Made by a program: the position numbers and the translations under genes. The notes beneath the pieces are model-generated. The model saw nothing but the letters and a program-made list of their open reading frames with translations, ran no database searches and was not told the origin of the DNA. A stretch of DNA of 64,000 nt. Origin: Histomonas meleagridis 2922-C6/04-290x. Taxonomy: Eukaryota > Protista > Parabasalia. The number at the start of each line of letters is the position of its first letter. Position 1 is the stretch's first letter. The DNA is taken from assembly GCA_020184695.1 (NCBI GenBank), contig JAANOX010000149.1, positions 186,001 to 250,000 of the forward strand, written 5' to 3'. Positions 11,037 through 20,933 of the stretch are shown one piece after another.

Positions 11037-11828
11037 ATGAGGTTGGATCCTATATGCGTGCAAATCATTGTAGTAAGTCTTGTTTCCGCAATTCTTATAA
11101 TAGTTGGTGCTGTTTATTGGTCTAATGATGAATTTACTGATCAAAGCATTAAACATTTGATTGCAATTCCTTTCACACCTTCTCTCGAAGATAATAATAC
11201 ATATATTGTTACTAATGAAACAAATCAATCACTTTCTTCTATAGAAAACTTTGTTTTGGATATATCAAATGTTAAAGATGATCTTTCTTATTCATTTAGA
11301 ATTATCCATAATATGCTTGGATATAATATTACATTGAACATTCTTGAAGGCGACCTAGTTCAACACCGTTATTCAAATGCTTTTAATACTGACAAAAAAA
11401 ATCTAACAATTAACTTTAAAGACTTTGATGAACTGGGTTTTGACTTATCAAAAATACATTCTAGTTTTGATGATTATAAAGTATTATGTCCTTCTTCATC
11501 TTTAATAACAAACATCTCAGGAATTGGTAACAAATGCAAAGAAGAAGAAGCGAAACTGGAAATCGAAGGCAGCTTTACATACTTTGACATTGGCATAAAG
11601 ATTCCATTAGAAAAGAAAACGCATAATGCTGTTTTCCATAAATCATCATTTATCAAAGCAAACAACAGTGAGATTCCACAGGCATATTTGGGCGTTTTCT
11701 CAATCGCAACACCAACTGCTTCAAAAGGCATGGTGATTACCATCATTGGAATTGTAATTTTTGTTGGAATGATTATTGAATTTATCCTTACATGCGTTAA
11801 GCACGTGGGTAACCTGCTTTTATGCTAA
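11037..11828 (+). CDS. Hypothetical membrane protein (N- and C-terminal TM helices)
   Basis: 263-aa ORF with hydrophobic helices at both ends flanking a ~190-aa loop containing NxT/S sequons. Confidence 0.7.
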   Translation: MRLDPICVQIIVVSLVSAILIIVGAVYWSNDEFTDQSIKHLIAIPFTPSLEDNNTYIVTNETNQSLSSIENFVLDISNVKDDLSYSFRIIHNMLGYNITLNILEGDLVQHRYSNAFNTDKKNLTINFKDFDELGFDLSKIHSSFDDYKVLCPSSSLITNISGIGNKCKEEEAKLEIEGSFTYFDIGIKIPLEKKTHNAVFHKSSFIKANNSEIPQAYLGVFSIATPTASKGMVITIIGIVIFVGMIIEFILTCVKHVGNLLLC

Positions 11829-12073
11829 TCTTCTCTTCGCACAAATAAAACTTTTATTATTTTCACATTTGAAATTTTAACACTAACTATAAAATTTAGC
11901 AACAACACATTTGCATTTGTGCTGTTTTTATTTGCACTGCCAATGCTTCCAAACGCTCCAGTTTTTGAATATGAATACGATGATTTCCCATTGAATTCAA
12001 CTCTATCGTTATGAATCACAATTTCAATCGAAAAAATGTAAACAATTCAAAAAGTTGTACTCTTTAGCATTAT

Positions 12074-13255
12074 TTAAATCCTAGCAACGCCAGACTTGCG
12101 TGCTGCTTCAGCGACGGCCTTGCTGACAGCATCCTTAACACGTGGGTCGAATGGCTTAGGTAAGATGTAATCCTTGTTGAGTTCTTCTGGGGAAACAAGG
12201 TCAGCAATTGCATTAGCAGCAGCAATGTTCATTTCATCATTGATATCCTTAGCACGAACATCGAGTGCGCCACGGAAGATGGCTGGGAATGCAAGAACGT
12301 TGTTGATTTGGTTGGGGAAATCAGAACGTCCTGTGCCAACAACAGCAGCTCCAGCTTCAAGGGCTTCGTTTGGCATGATTTCTGGTGTTGGGTTAGCCAT
12401 TGGGAAGAGAACTGCATTTGGTGCCATTGACTTAACCATTTCCTTAGTGACTGTCTTTGGAGCAGAAACACCAATGAAGACATCAGCGCCCTTAAGGACA
12501 TCGGCAAGAGAACCAGAAAGTTTTCCGGAGTTTGTGATCTTGGCGATTTCTTCCTTCTCTGGGTTAAGACCTTCACGGCCTTCATAGATAGCACCCATAC
12601 GGTCGGTCATGATGACGTTCTTTGGATTAAGACCACGAGCAATCAAAAGTTTGATGATAGCAATACCTGCTGCACCAGCTCCAGATGTGACAACTTTGAT
12701 ATCTTCGATCTTCTTGCCGACGATACGAAGGGCGTTTGTAAGAGCAGCAAGTGTAACAACTGCTGTACCATGTTGGTCATCATGATAGATTGGAATGTCG
12801 CAAGTTTGCTTAAGACGACGTTCAATTTCGAAGCAACGTGGAGCACTGATATCTTCGAGGTTGATACCACCGAAGGAACCAGCTAATAATTCAACGGTGC
12901 GGCAAATATCATCGACATTCTTGGAACGGATGCAAAGTGGAATAGCGTCAACGTCACCAAAGGACTTGAAAAGAACGCATTTTCCTTCCATAACTGGCAT
13001 TCCTGCTTCTGGTCCGATATCACCTAAGCCAAGAACAGCTGTACCGTCTGTAACAACGGCAACTGTATTCCACCTACGTGTTAATTCATAAGAAAGATCG
13101 ACATTCTTTTGGATTTCAAGACATGGTTGGGCAACACCTGGTGTATAAGCAAGTGATAATTCTTCTTTGTTTGTAACTGGGGCACGACAAACTATTTCAA
13201 GCTTGCCTCTGAGCTTTTGATGAAGCTTAAGTGATTCTTGGGCGTAATTCGTCAT
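12074..13255 (-). CDS. Bacterial-type (short) malic enzyme
   Basis: LSLAYTPGVA, VTDGTAVLGLGDIG, PVMEGKCVLFK, INLEDISAPRCF, HDDQHGTA, GAGAAG and GRSDFPNQINNVLAFP; 393 aa, no presequence, C-rich codon bias. Confidence 0.95.
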   Translation of the reverse strand: MTNYAQESLKLHQKLRGKLEIVCRAPVTNKEELSLAYTPGVAQPCLEIQKNVDLSYELTRRWNTVAVVTDGTAVLGLGDIGPEAGMPVMEGKCVLFKSFGDVDAIPLCIRSKNVDDICRTVELLAGSFGGINLEDISAPRCFEIERRLKQTCDIPIYHDDQHGTAVVTLAALTNALRIVGKKIEDIKVVTSGAGAAGIAIIKLLIARGLNPKNVIMTDRMGAIYEGREGLNPEKEEIAKITNSGKLSGSLADVLKGADVFIGVSAPKTVTKEMVKSMAPNAVLFPMANPTPEIMPNEALEAGAAVVGTGRSDFPNQINNVLAFPAIFRGALDVRAKDINDEMNIAAANAIADLVSPEELNKDYILPKPFDPRVKDAVSKAVAEAARKSGVARI

Positions 13256-14105
13256 GAATCAAAGTGATCTGAACAAATAACGATATGAATTTTATCGTTT
13301 GCTCAGAATTAATTCAATAAACTGCTTCGATTTTAATGAAAAAAACACCTTTTACAATTCAAATGTGTTGTAAAACATGAAAATTTGAGAGTTATTTTCA
13401 CATCACATTTCAAATGTTTGAAAGTTCGGGCCACCCTTTTGGTCATGCCGATAGAGATTCACAAATTGTCACTTTCCATCATTTTCATGAAATAACCGTT
13501 TGGAGATCATTCGTTGATTGACTCGCAAAAACGTAAATATACCTTTTTTTTCATTAAACCAATACGCTTTCGATATGTTATTAGATTCTTGTGACTGTAT
13601 TTCAAATATTTCCATTAGAACTATTTTTTAAACTTTTTTTGATTTTCAAATAACATGTCAATTTTGTCATATCATAAAAAGTTTTCTCTAAACAGCCAAT
13701 ATTGGCATAATATAATATTATATTATTTTATTTCAAAAATTAGCTTTTGCATCAAGTATGTTTCTTCAAAATTTTATGGTTTTTTGCCTCTTAAAACACA
13801 TAATTATAGTGTTTTTTCTGAGAAAAGTTTATTGGGTATTATGCTTTTTAACAATACAAAACAATTTTCGAATAATGAATACTCTTTTTGTTCTAAGTTT
13901 TGAAATCGTATTGATATTTCTCATAAAAAACATTTTAACGTATGATATTTACATAAAAAAAGTCAATCAGAAAAATTATTGTTTATTATTATTTGTTATG
14001 TTTTCATTAAATACATTTTAAAAATTTGATAATCTCACGAAAACATTTTCATAAAAAAATTACTACCAAAAACACAAAACATTTATTTAATTCAACATTT
14101 CATAG

Positions 14106-15812
14106 TTATTTTTGTCTCTTTTTTTCGATTATTGTTTTTTTCTGATTATTAAATATTTTATCTATTTCAATAAGTCTATTTTGAGCAATCAACAATTTCT
14201 CATTTAACACTTTTATTGTTTGTTCTTTACTTTCGATCAAATCCTTAACTTTCTTTGATATATTTTCTATTTCATTTTGATGCGAATTCTTCAAATTTTC
14301 GATTTGCAATTCGAATTCTTCTTTTTGTTTTCTTTTTTCATCCATTATATTTTTTATTTGCTTTTCATTTTGTTTTATTTCTTCATTTAATGTGTTTTTA
14401 ATATTATTTTCTTTTTCTTTATAATTTTTTTGTATTTTTTTCATTTCGTTTTCTTTTTCTTCGATTTCTTTTTCTTTTTCTTCCTTTAAACTTAAATATC
14501 TTTCTGAGTCTTTTAATATTTTTCTGTTTTCTTCTTTTAATTGTTCATTTAAATGTTTCTCATCTTCGATTTCTTTTTGTAATTCTTTTATTTTCATTTC
14601 GAATTTTTTGTTTTCGTTATCTTTCGAAATTTTCATTTTGTTTAATGATATTTGTAAATGTTTTATTTTAGTTTCATATTCATTAACAATGTTTTTCTTT
14701 TCAGTATTAATATCTTCTTCAAGTTTTTGTATTACAATTTCCAATTTCTTTTTGTTCTTTTCTTTAAGTTCGTTCTCAATCGATTTTCGCATTTCTTCTT
14801 CTTTAAATTTAAAAGTCCCAAGCGTTTCTTTTCTTGTTTCTTCAATTGTTTCTTTAATACGTTTTTCATATTCATCAATTTCTTTTTGATGTTTTATTTT
14901 AAGTTTATTAATTTCAGATTGATATCGTTCAGATGATTCTTTTAAAAGAATTTCATTTTCATTATTTTTACTTTGTGTAATGTTAAATTTCTCTTTTTCA
15001 ATGTTTTTGATTTTTTGTGTGATTTCTTCATATTCTTCTTGATGAATTTTTCGTTCACGTTCAAGCTGCCGTTGGTAACGGTTTTCGACGGCTTCGATTT
15101 CAATCTGTTTTTCGGTTTGGAACTGTTGTAAAATTCGTTCTTTTTCATGTTCCAAATTTTGTTGGTATTCAGAACGCGCTGTCTGAAGTGAGAAGTCATA
15201 TTCGGATTTGATTTGTTCAAGCTCGCGTTTATGCTTGTCAATAAGATTTTGGATTTCGGGCTCAAGACCTCGAATTGTATTTTCTTTGATTTCTTTAATC
15301 TTTTGCTCAAGAATTTTTGCTTGCCGAGCTTTTTCTTGCGCAATGGCATTTTCACGTTGTTGTGCAATTTGACGAGCAGTGGAATCTTGAAGTTCTTTTT
15401 CTCTTCGAGCTGATTCTTCACGAGATATCTTTATTCGTTTTTGCATTTTGGTGCATTCTTGTGCTAATGTTTCTTTTTCTTGAATTAACTGATCAACCAT
15501 TGATTGATGGCGCTTGAGAACTTCTTCATATTTTTGTTTTTGTACTGATAATTTATGGATATATAGAGATTTTATTTTATTTTTTTCTTTTTGAGATTGT
15601 TCAATATACGTTTGGTATTCAGCACGTAATGCATTTTCATCCTGTTTTGTTTTAGCAATTGTTTGTTCTAATGATGTAATTTTTGATTTAACTTGGCTAT
15701 GTAATAATTCTGCTTGAGAAAGATCAGGAATTTTACTCTCTTTTTCTAGAGTGGATTCGACAGAATCTAAATATCCAAAAAGTTCTTCTACAGTTTTATT
15801 TTTTTTCTCCAT
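14106..15812 (-). CDS. CEP131: CEP131/AZI1-like coiled-coil centrosomal protein
   Basis: Long coiled coil containing IKEIKENTIRGLEPEIQNLIDKHKREL, which resembles the CEP131 signature (KEITVKGLEPEIQKLIAKHK). Confidence 0.72.
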   Translation of the reverse strand: MEKKNKTVEELFGYLDSVESTLEKESKIPDLSQAELLHSQVKSKITSLEQTIAKTKQDENALRAEYQTYIEQSQKEKNKIKSLYIHKLSVQKQKYEEVLKRHQSMVDQLIQEKETLAQECTKMQKRIKISREESARREKELQDSTARQIAQQRENAIAQEKARQAKILEQKIKEIKENTIRGLEPEIQNLIDKHKRELEQIKSEYDFSLQTARSEYQQNLEHEKERILQQFQTEKQIEIEAVENRYQRQLERERKIHQEEYEEITQKIKNIEKEKFNITQSKNNENEILLKESSERYQSEINKLKIKHQKEIDEYEKRIKETIEETRKETLGTFKFKEEEMRKSIENELKEKNKKKLEIVIQKLEEDINTEKKNIVNEYETKIKHLQISLNKMKISKDNENKKFEMKIKELQKEIEDEKHLNEQLKEENRKILKDSERYLSLKEEKEKEIEEKENEMKKIQKNYKEKENNIKNTLNEEIKQNEKQIKNIMDEKRKQKEEFELQIENLKNSHQNEIENISKKVKDLIESKEQTIKVLNEKLLIAQNRLIEIDKIFNNQKKTIIEKKRQK

Positions 15813-16149
15813 TTAGAAAACAAAACGTACAATAGCGACCGTTATAAAATATTGCAGAAAGACACTTAAAATACATTTTAATTAAAATTCATTTGTTTTT
15901 TTTGTCATGTGTAATGCCAGGATTTTATTTTGTAAAGAGATTTATATCTAATATACTTTGAATGTAAGATCAAATTGATACTTAATTCAATATGTTAACT
16001 ACTAATGACGCATGATACTTACTATTTGATAGCGTGATTGGAATAAATGTTACTTTCATAGTTGTATTTGGCAATTGTTTAAATTTTAATTTTTGCCTAT
16101 TAACGTTTTTGTAATGCATTGAATTGTTACTTGGTCAGAAAGATTTTGT

Positions 16150-16725
16150 ATGTCGCTCCAAATTGATTGGGTTGCACTTACACCAATTATAATGGAGAAG
16201 CTTCAGGAAATTGTTGAGTCCATACCAGAAGGTGTTAACCCAATGCTAAAATCAAAAATAAAATTTAACAAATTATTTTTAGGTGATCAACCTCCACACA
16301 TTGCCATATCAAAAATTACATCATTACACTATAACGAACAGATTTTATCACTTGTTTTTAGATATGAAGGAAATGCCGAACTTGAAGTTTCACTTGACAT
16401 AAATGCAAACTCTTGCAGTGTTTTACCAAAACAGACAATTGTTGCAAGGCACATGGGAACCTTTTTCACAGACGCGCCATTAAATATACGCTGTCGAGCT
16501 CTTCTATCTTCATTCCAAATATCATTAAAAATCGAATTAAACCATGGTGAGAAGACATTTATCAGATTTGAGGAACCTCCAACCCTCAAATTTACCATTG
16601 ACAGTAATTTCTCACATTTAGGACCAATCTTTCTTATTGCTTTTAACCGTATTAAGAAAGTCATCAAAAAGATCTTCAACTCTCTTCCAGAGAAAATAGA
16701 GATAGGCATTCCCGAGAAACTTTAA
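16150..16725 (+). CDS. SMP-domain lipid-transfer protein, Mdm12/Mdm34-like (ERMES)
   Basis: MSLQIDW start, KLFLGDQPPHIAI (LG..PP motif), FRYEGNAEL.VSLDI and FTIDSNF; no TM segment; 191 aa. Confidence 0.65.
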   Translation: MSLQIDWVALTPIIMEKLQEIVESIPEGVNPMLKSKIKFNKLFLGDQPPHIAISKITSLHYNEQILSLVFRYEGNAELEVSLDINANSCSVLPKQTIVARHMGTFFTDAPLNIRCRALLSSFQISLKIELNHGEKTFIRFEEPPTLKFTIDSNFSHLGPIFLIAFNRIKKVIKKIFNSLPEKIEIGIPEKL

Positions 16726-17180
16726 ATCCTTCTGTATTTGTGTAAAAATTATTTTTATTTCATTTATCCAAATCTTTTTCGTTTCATAATTTCGAGATCA
16801 AAATCATAAAACATTACAACGTGTTGCACTTTGTTAAATTTAGCCAATGAAGAAATGTATCGCACGAATCACTTACCCACACGTTGGCGAATTCTATCAT
16901 TATAATTTGAGTGCAATGTTTCGGTTTGCGAAATTGTGAACGGTATCATTTGCAGATGAAAAATCAAAAGCTCGCCTTCCAAATATAGAAAACTTCATTT
17001 TAACTTTGCCCATAAGATCCGCATGTGCTAATTCTGTGATATACATTACATGCAAATTAGGCGCTGTGGACGTGAGATTCGAAATATCTTAAACTTCTAT
17101 TTCCACTTCGATTGTCACCTAAAATCGATTACTTTTCCACAAATTACAGCGATTGAATGGTATATTTATTAATTAATTAA

Positions 17181-20100
17181 TTAGAGATAGAACAAATCCT
17201 TTGCGACGTTATCATTTGAATTGTCTTTCGATGACGGCTTTGCCTTGTTCTTCTTCTTCACAGCGACGACGACAATAATTACAATGATAATGATTACGAG
17301 CACCGCTGCTGCCGGTATCACTGCTATGTACAAATATCCGATGTTCTTCTTTGCGTTCAACGAAATTTGATCATTTTCTTGTTTGCATTCGAATGAATAT
17401 CTGTTGAACATATTTAGTTCTCCGTCATCATCTCTCATTGTTGCCTTAACATCATTACACTTATCGATAGTAAATGCTGAAGAAGAAGAAGCGGCCATTA
17501 TCAATATGTTATCGGGCAAATTTTCTCCTTTTCGACTCATTACGAATTCTGTTGCATTATAATTAAATGAAGAAACGTCATTTAACTGCATTAAACTTTG
17601 TGTGTAATCATTTTCATTGTTACCATATTCGATAGTAATTTTGTCATTAAATGTAATTGAGTTCTTAAGGATAACATAACCATTATTCATATTCATTGTT
17701 TTTATGATCGAATCAGAGATTGTCGCAATTACATTTGTTGGAATATTAAGTTCAGTAATTTCGATGTTTTGGGTTTCGGTATCTGATAATAATATTGGAT
17801 CAGCTAAAGATACTGACGAGACATCGTTCATGTTTAATTGATTGATTTTAACATCTTTAATTCCATCATGAAGTCTAAATGAAATATCACCAAATGCACT
17901 GATTTGTTTTGTAAATGTATGAGATATAAATGAATCAAGTAATGAGATTTGTCCATGTCCAGTGATGTTAAATGGTATAATATTAGTGTTTGGTATGTCT
18001 AGACTTAACCCATTTTCATTGACAATGATTTCAATAGGTAAATTCTCAGGCATTGGATTCGCTGGTATTGATATTCTTTGATCTTTTGAAACAAGTTCAA
18101 GTTGTAATATGGTATCGATTTGATTAATATTAGATATATCTAATGTAAATGATGTCTTTGATTTAATATGTATTTGTTCACGTTGTTTTGTTATTGATTC
18201 TGAACTTTGTTGTCCTTTTGTTATAAAGGAAATGTTGTTATTAGTTAAAATGACTTCTGTGATTTCATCAGTAAATGTAATGTTACTAATCGTTTGTTGA
18301 TTTAATTCTTCAAATCGTAATAACATTTCATAATTCGAATATTCGATTTCTTTAAGTTGTGTCATGTCTAAGTGTTTGAATTGTTCATAGTTTGCAATTG
18401 TTGACTCAATGAGATGTAATGATTCGATGTTAAGTTTCGTTGTTGTAGTAATTGTTTCATAATTAATTAAATTAACATTAACTGTATCGAATTTAAGTTT
18501 CTTGATATTTGTTGTTGTTGTTATAAGAGAATTAATATCAATGTAACAGTCGTATCTGGTTGTTGTAAGTGAAACATATGTTATGTCAGTAGCATTACGA
18601 AGTCCTTCGAGTTTAAGATAATCATTCGATGTCATATGCGCGCCAATGTGTACTGTCACTGATTTAACTGTTGGATATGATGATAATGTGAAGTTTTGGA
18701 ATGTGCTGAGATAAACTGTTGTGGAATCACTTTCATTCCCTTGTGCAGATCGGTAATATATATCTAAATGTTCGTCAGATACGGGGGTGGGCTGAGGAGA
18801 AGGTGTGGGCTCTGGTGTTGACGTCGGCTCAACAATCTCACTAGAGGGCTCCGTTTGAGATGTTGTCTCTTCTTCCGTGGGCGTCTCAATAACTTCAGTC
18901 GATGGTTCAACTTGTGTCGACGATTCAACTGCTTCGCTGGATGACTCGACTGGAGTTGGCTCAATGACTGTGGATGATTCGTATTCTTCTGTTGATGATT
19001 CAACTTGTGTGGATGACTCTACTTCTTCACTGGATGACTCAGCTTCTTCAGTTGATGTTTCAACTTGTGTGGATGATTCTACTTCTTCACTGGATGACTC
19101 AGCTTCTTCAGTTGATGTTTCAACAACTTCACTGGATGATTCAACAACTTCGGTTGACGATTCGACTTGTGTGGATGATTCTACTTCTTCAGTTGATGTT
19201 TCAACAACTTCACTGGATGACTCAGCTTCTTCAGTTGATGTTTCAGCTACTGTTGATGATTCTACTTCTTCAGTTGATGATTCAACTTCTTCTGTTGATG
19301 ATTCAACTTGTGTTGATGACTCTACTTCTTCTGTCGATGTTTCAGCTACTGTTGATGATTCAACTTCTTCAGTTGAGGATTCAACTTGTGTTGATGATTC
19401 TACTTCTTCTGTTGATGATTCTACTTCTTCTGTTGATGATTCTACTTCTTCTGTTGATGTTTCAGCTACTGTTGATGATTCTGCTTGGGTTGACGATTCG
19501 ACTTCTTCTGTTGATGGTTCAATTACTATTGAACTACAGTCGGAAGCCACAAAGCTGTACCTCCATTCAGTGTCAAGCGAAACACTTGTAATAACAACTT
19601 TGACTGTTTGTCCAGCAGTTGGCTTTGTAGCAGGTTGGAATTTGACGGCACCTGAGTACATTGCTGTGTTTTCTGTATCTATTTCAATGGTGCAAGTTAT
19701 AGTTTGATCATCATATGTCAGAGAAACCTGAGAATCTGATGGCATGTTGTGCGCTGTGGTAGAGCTTGGGTCCCACTGTCTACTGAAAGTCCAAACATTT
19801 GGAATCAAATTAACTGGAAATGCGCCTGGTGGAGGATAAGCAATGAACTTGGGTGATGACGTTCCTGTCCTATCAAAGCTCATAACTCTTGTTGCGGAGT
19901 AATGGCCATTTACACCTTGCGCAAGTTGGCTTAAGGTTGGAAGCAAAAGCCATCTTCTGTGTCCGCAACTTTCAACATCTGAGTCATCCATGTAAGAGTC
20001 GATGGATCTTGAACCACAGGCAGCTCCACTAGACCAAAAAATATTTGAATTTCGAGCTCCGCTTTGACCACCAGAAGTCCAGCAGGCAAGACTTGTATCA

Positions 20101-20429
20101 TCAAGATAATGACTAAACAGGTCATTAGCCTCCATAATTGTGCATGCTTCCATTTGTTCTTGGATGACTTCTGCATCTGTCGATTGAACTAATTCTCCAA
20201 GACCACATGCATAACGGTAGAAGTTCATGTAATTAAGTGCGTCTTTTTTATCTTCCTCTGTTTGGGTTCCTACACCACATTCATCTTCACTTGGAATATG
20301 ACAAGTTGTAGCTGTTCGTACGTGGAGAGTATTATATTTTGAGCAAACTTCTTGAGGAGTTCTGTTTTCGAGCTCATCCCATGTGATAGTAGTTATTGAT
20401 AAGCAAGTACTGATAAGCAAAAACAGCAT
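17181..20429 (-). CDS. Type I surface protein: CAP/SCP-like domain + Ser/Thr/Glu mucin-like stalk + C-terminal TM
   Basis: Signal peptide MLFLLISTCLS (ATG at 20429 with TCATTTT Inr). ALNYMNFYRYACGL, LFSHY, CGHRRWLL and AYPPPGAFP. ESSTEEV repeats, PTPSPQPTP linker, TM YIAVIPAAAVLVIIIIVIIVVVAV-KKK. Confidence 0.8.
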   Translation of the reverse strand: MLFLLISTCLSITTITWDELENRTPQEVCSKYNTLHVRTATTCHIPSEDECGVGTQTEEDKKDALNYMNFYRYACGLGELVQSTDAEVIQEQMEACTIMEANDLFSHYLDDTSLACWTSGGQSGARNSNIFWSSGAACGSRSIDSYMDDSDVESCGHRRWLLLPTLSQLAQGVNGHYSATRVMSFDRTGTSSPKFIAYPPPGAFPVNLIPNVWTFSRQWDPSSTTAHNMPSDSQVSLTYDDQTITCTIEIDTENTAMYSGAVKFQPATKPTAGQTVKVVITSVSLDTEWRYSFVASDCSSIVIEPSTEEVESSTQAESSTVAETSTEEVESSTEEVESSTEEVESSTQVESSTEEVESSTVAETSTEEVESSTQVESSTEEVESSTEEVESSTVAETSTEEAESSSEVVETSTEEVESSTQVESSTEVVESSSEVVETSTEEAESSSEEVESSTQVETSTEEAESSSEEVESSTQVESSTEEYESSTVIEPTPVESSSEAVESSTQVEPSTEVIETPTEEETTSQTEPSSEIVEPTSTPEPTPSPQPTPVSDEHLDIYYRSAQGNESDSTTVYLSTFQNFTLSSYPTVKSVTVHIGAHMTSNDYLKLEGLRNATDITYVSLTTTRYDCYIDINSLITTTTNIKKLKFDTVNVNLINYETITTTTKLNIESLHLIESTIANYEQFKHLDMTQLKEIEYSNYEMLLRFEELNQQTISNITFTDEITEVILTNNNISFITKGQQSSESITKQREQIHIKSKTSFTLDISNINQIDTILQLELVSKDQRISIPANPMPENLPIEIIVNENGLSLDIPNTNIIPFNITGHGQISLLDSFISHTFTKQISAFGDISFRLHDGIKDVKINQLNMNDVSSVSLADPILLSDTETQNIEITELNIPTNVIATISDSIIKTMNMNNGYVILKNSITFNDKITIEYGNNENDYTQSLMQLNDVSSFNYNATEFVMSRKGENLPDNILIMAASSSSAFTIDKCNDVKATMRDDDGELNMFNRYSFECKQENDQISLNAKKNIGYLYIAVIPAAAVLVIIIIVIIVVVAVKKKNKAKPSSKDNSNDNVAKDLFYL
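18890..19520 (-). repeat. Coding tandem repeat of 18/21-nt units (QVESST / EEVESST)
   Basis: Repeated TCTACTTCTTCTGTTGATGAT-like units on the + strand. Confidence 0.9.
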
Positions 20430-20933
20430 TTTGTCAAAATGACAGTTCCCATTCAAAAACTCGGACAAAATTTCAAAACGTATTGATTCCATTCAAAAGG
20501 CCCCACACAGTTACCGGAAAGAATTCGTTGCAACGGTTTATATCAGTTCGGATAAAAAACCGCGACATTTTGATCGGCGAAAAACGATAAGGGAAATTGT
20601 GAGAAAATGTTTAGACAATAGAAAAAGTGATATAGATGTATGAAGATAATGTTTTCAGTTTTCAGTAAATAAATATGTAAAAGATCAAAGTTGGAAATTA
20701 AAGATTTCAGGCTATTTCGATAGATAAAAAATTGTTACTGTTATTAAGTAAAAATTTGCTAAGTAAACCACTATCAGAAGAATTAAGGCTTTGAATACAA
20801 ATTTTGTTGTCTTGAACGATATGGATATTTTTTCACAATTTTATTTATCGTTGTCATGTCGCGGTTTTTCGGTTTTTGTGAAAACTTTTGTGGTCATGCC
20901 GATAGGGATTCGAAACATCTAATAATTTATTGA

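Noticed and set aside
12174-13091. Several ORFs overlapping malic enzyme
   Set aside because: Shadow ORFs caused by biased codon usage of the real gene.
13655-14021. Hydrophobic AT-rich ORFs (also 8934-9471, 10881-11228)
   Set aside because: Composition matches random AT-rich intergenic DNA.
18877-19707. 276-aa and 205-aa + strand ORFs (VDDSTSS / MIQLLLL repeats)
   Set aside because: Antisense shadows of the coding repeat in the CAP surface protein.
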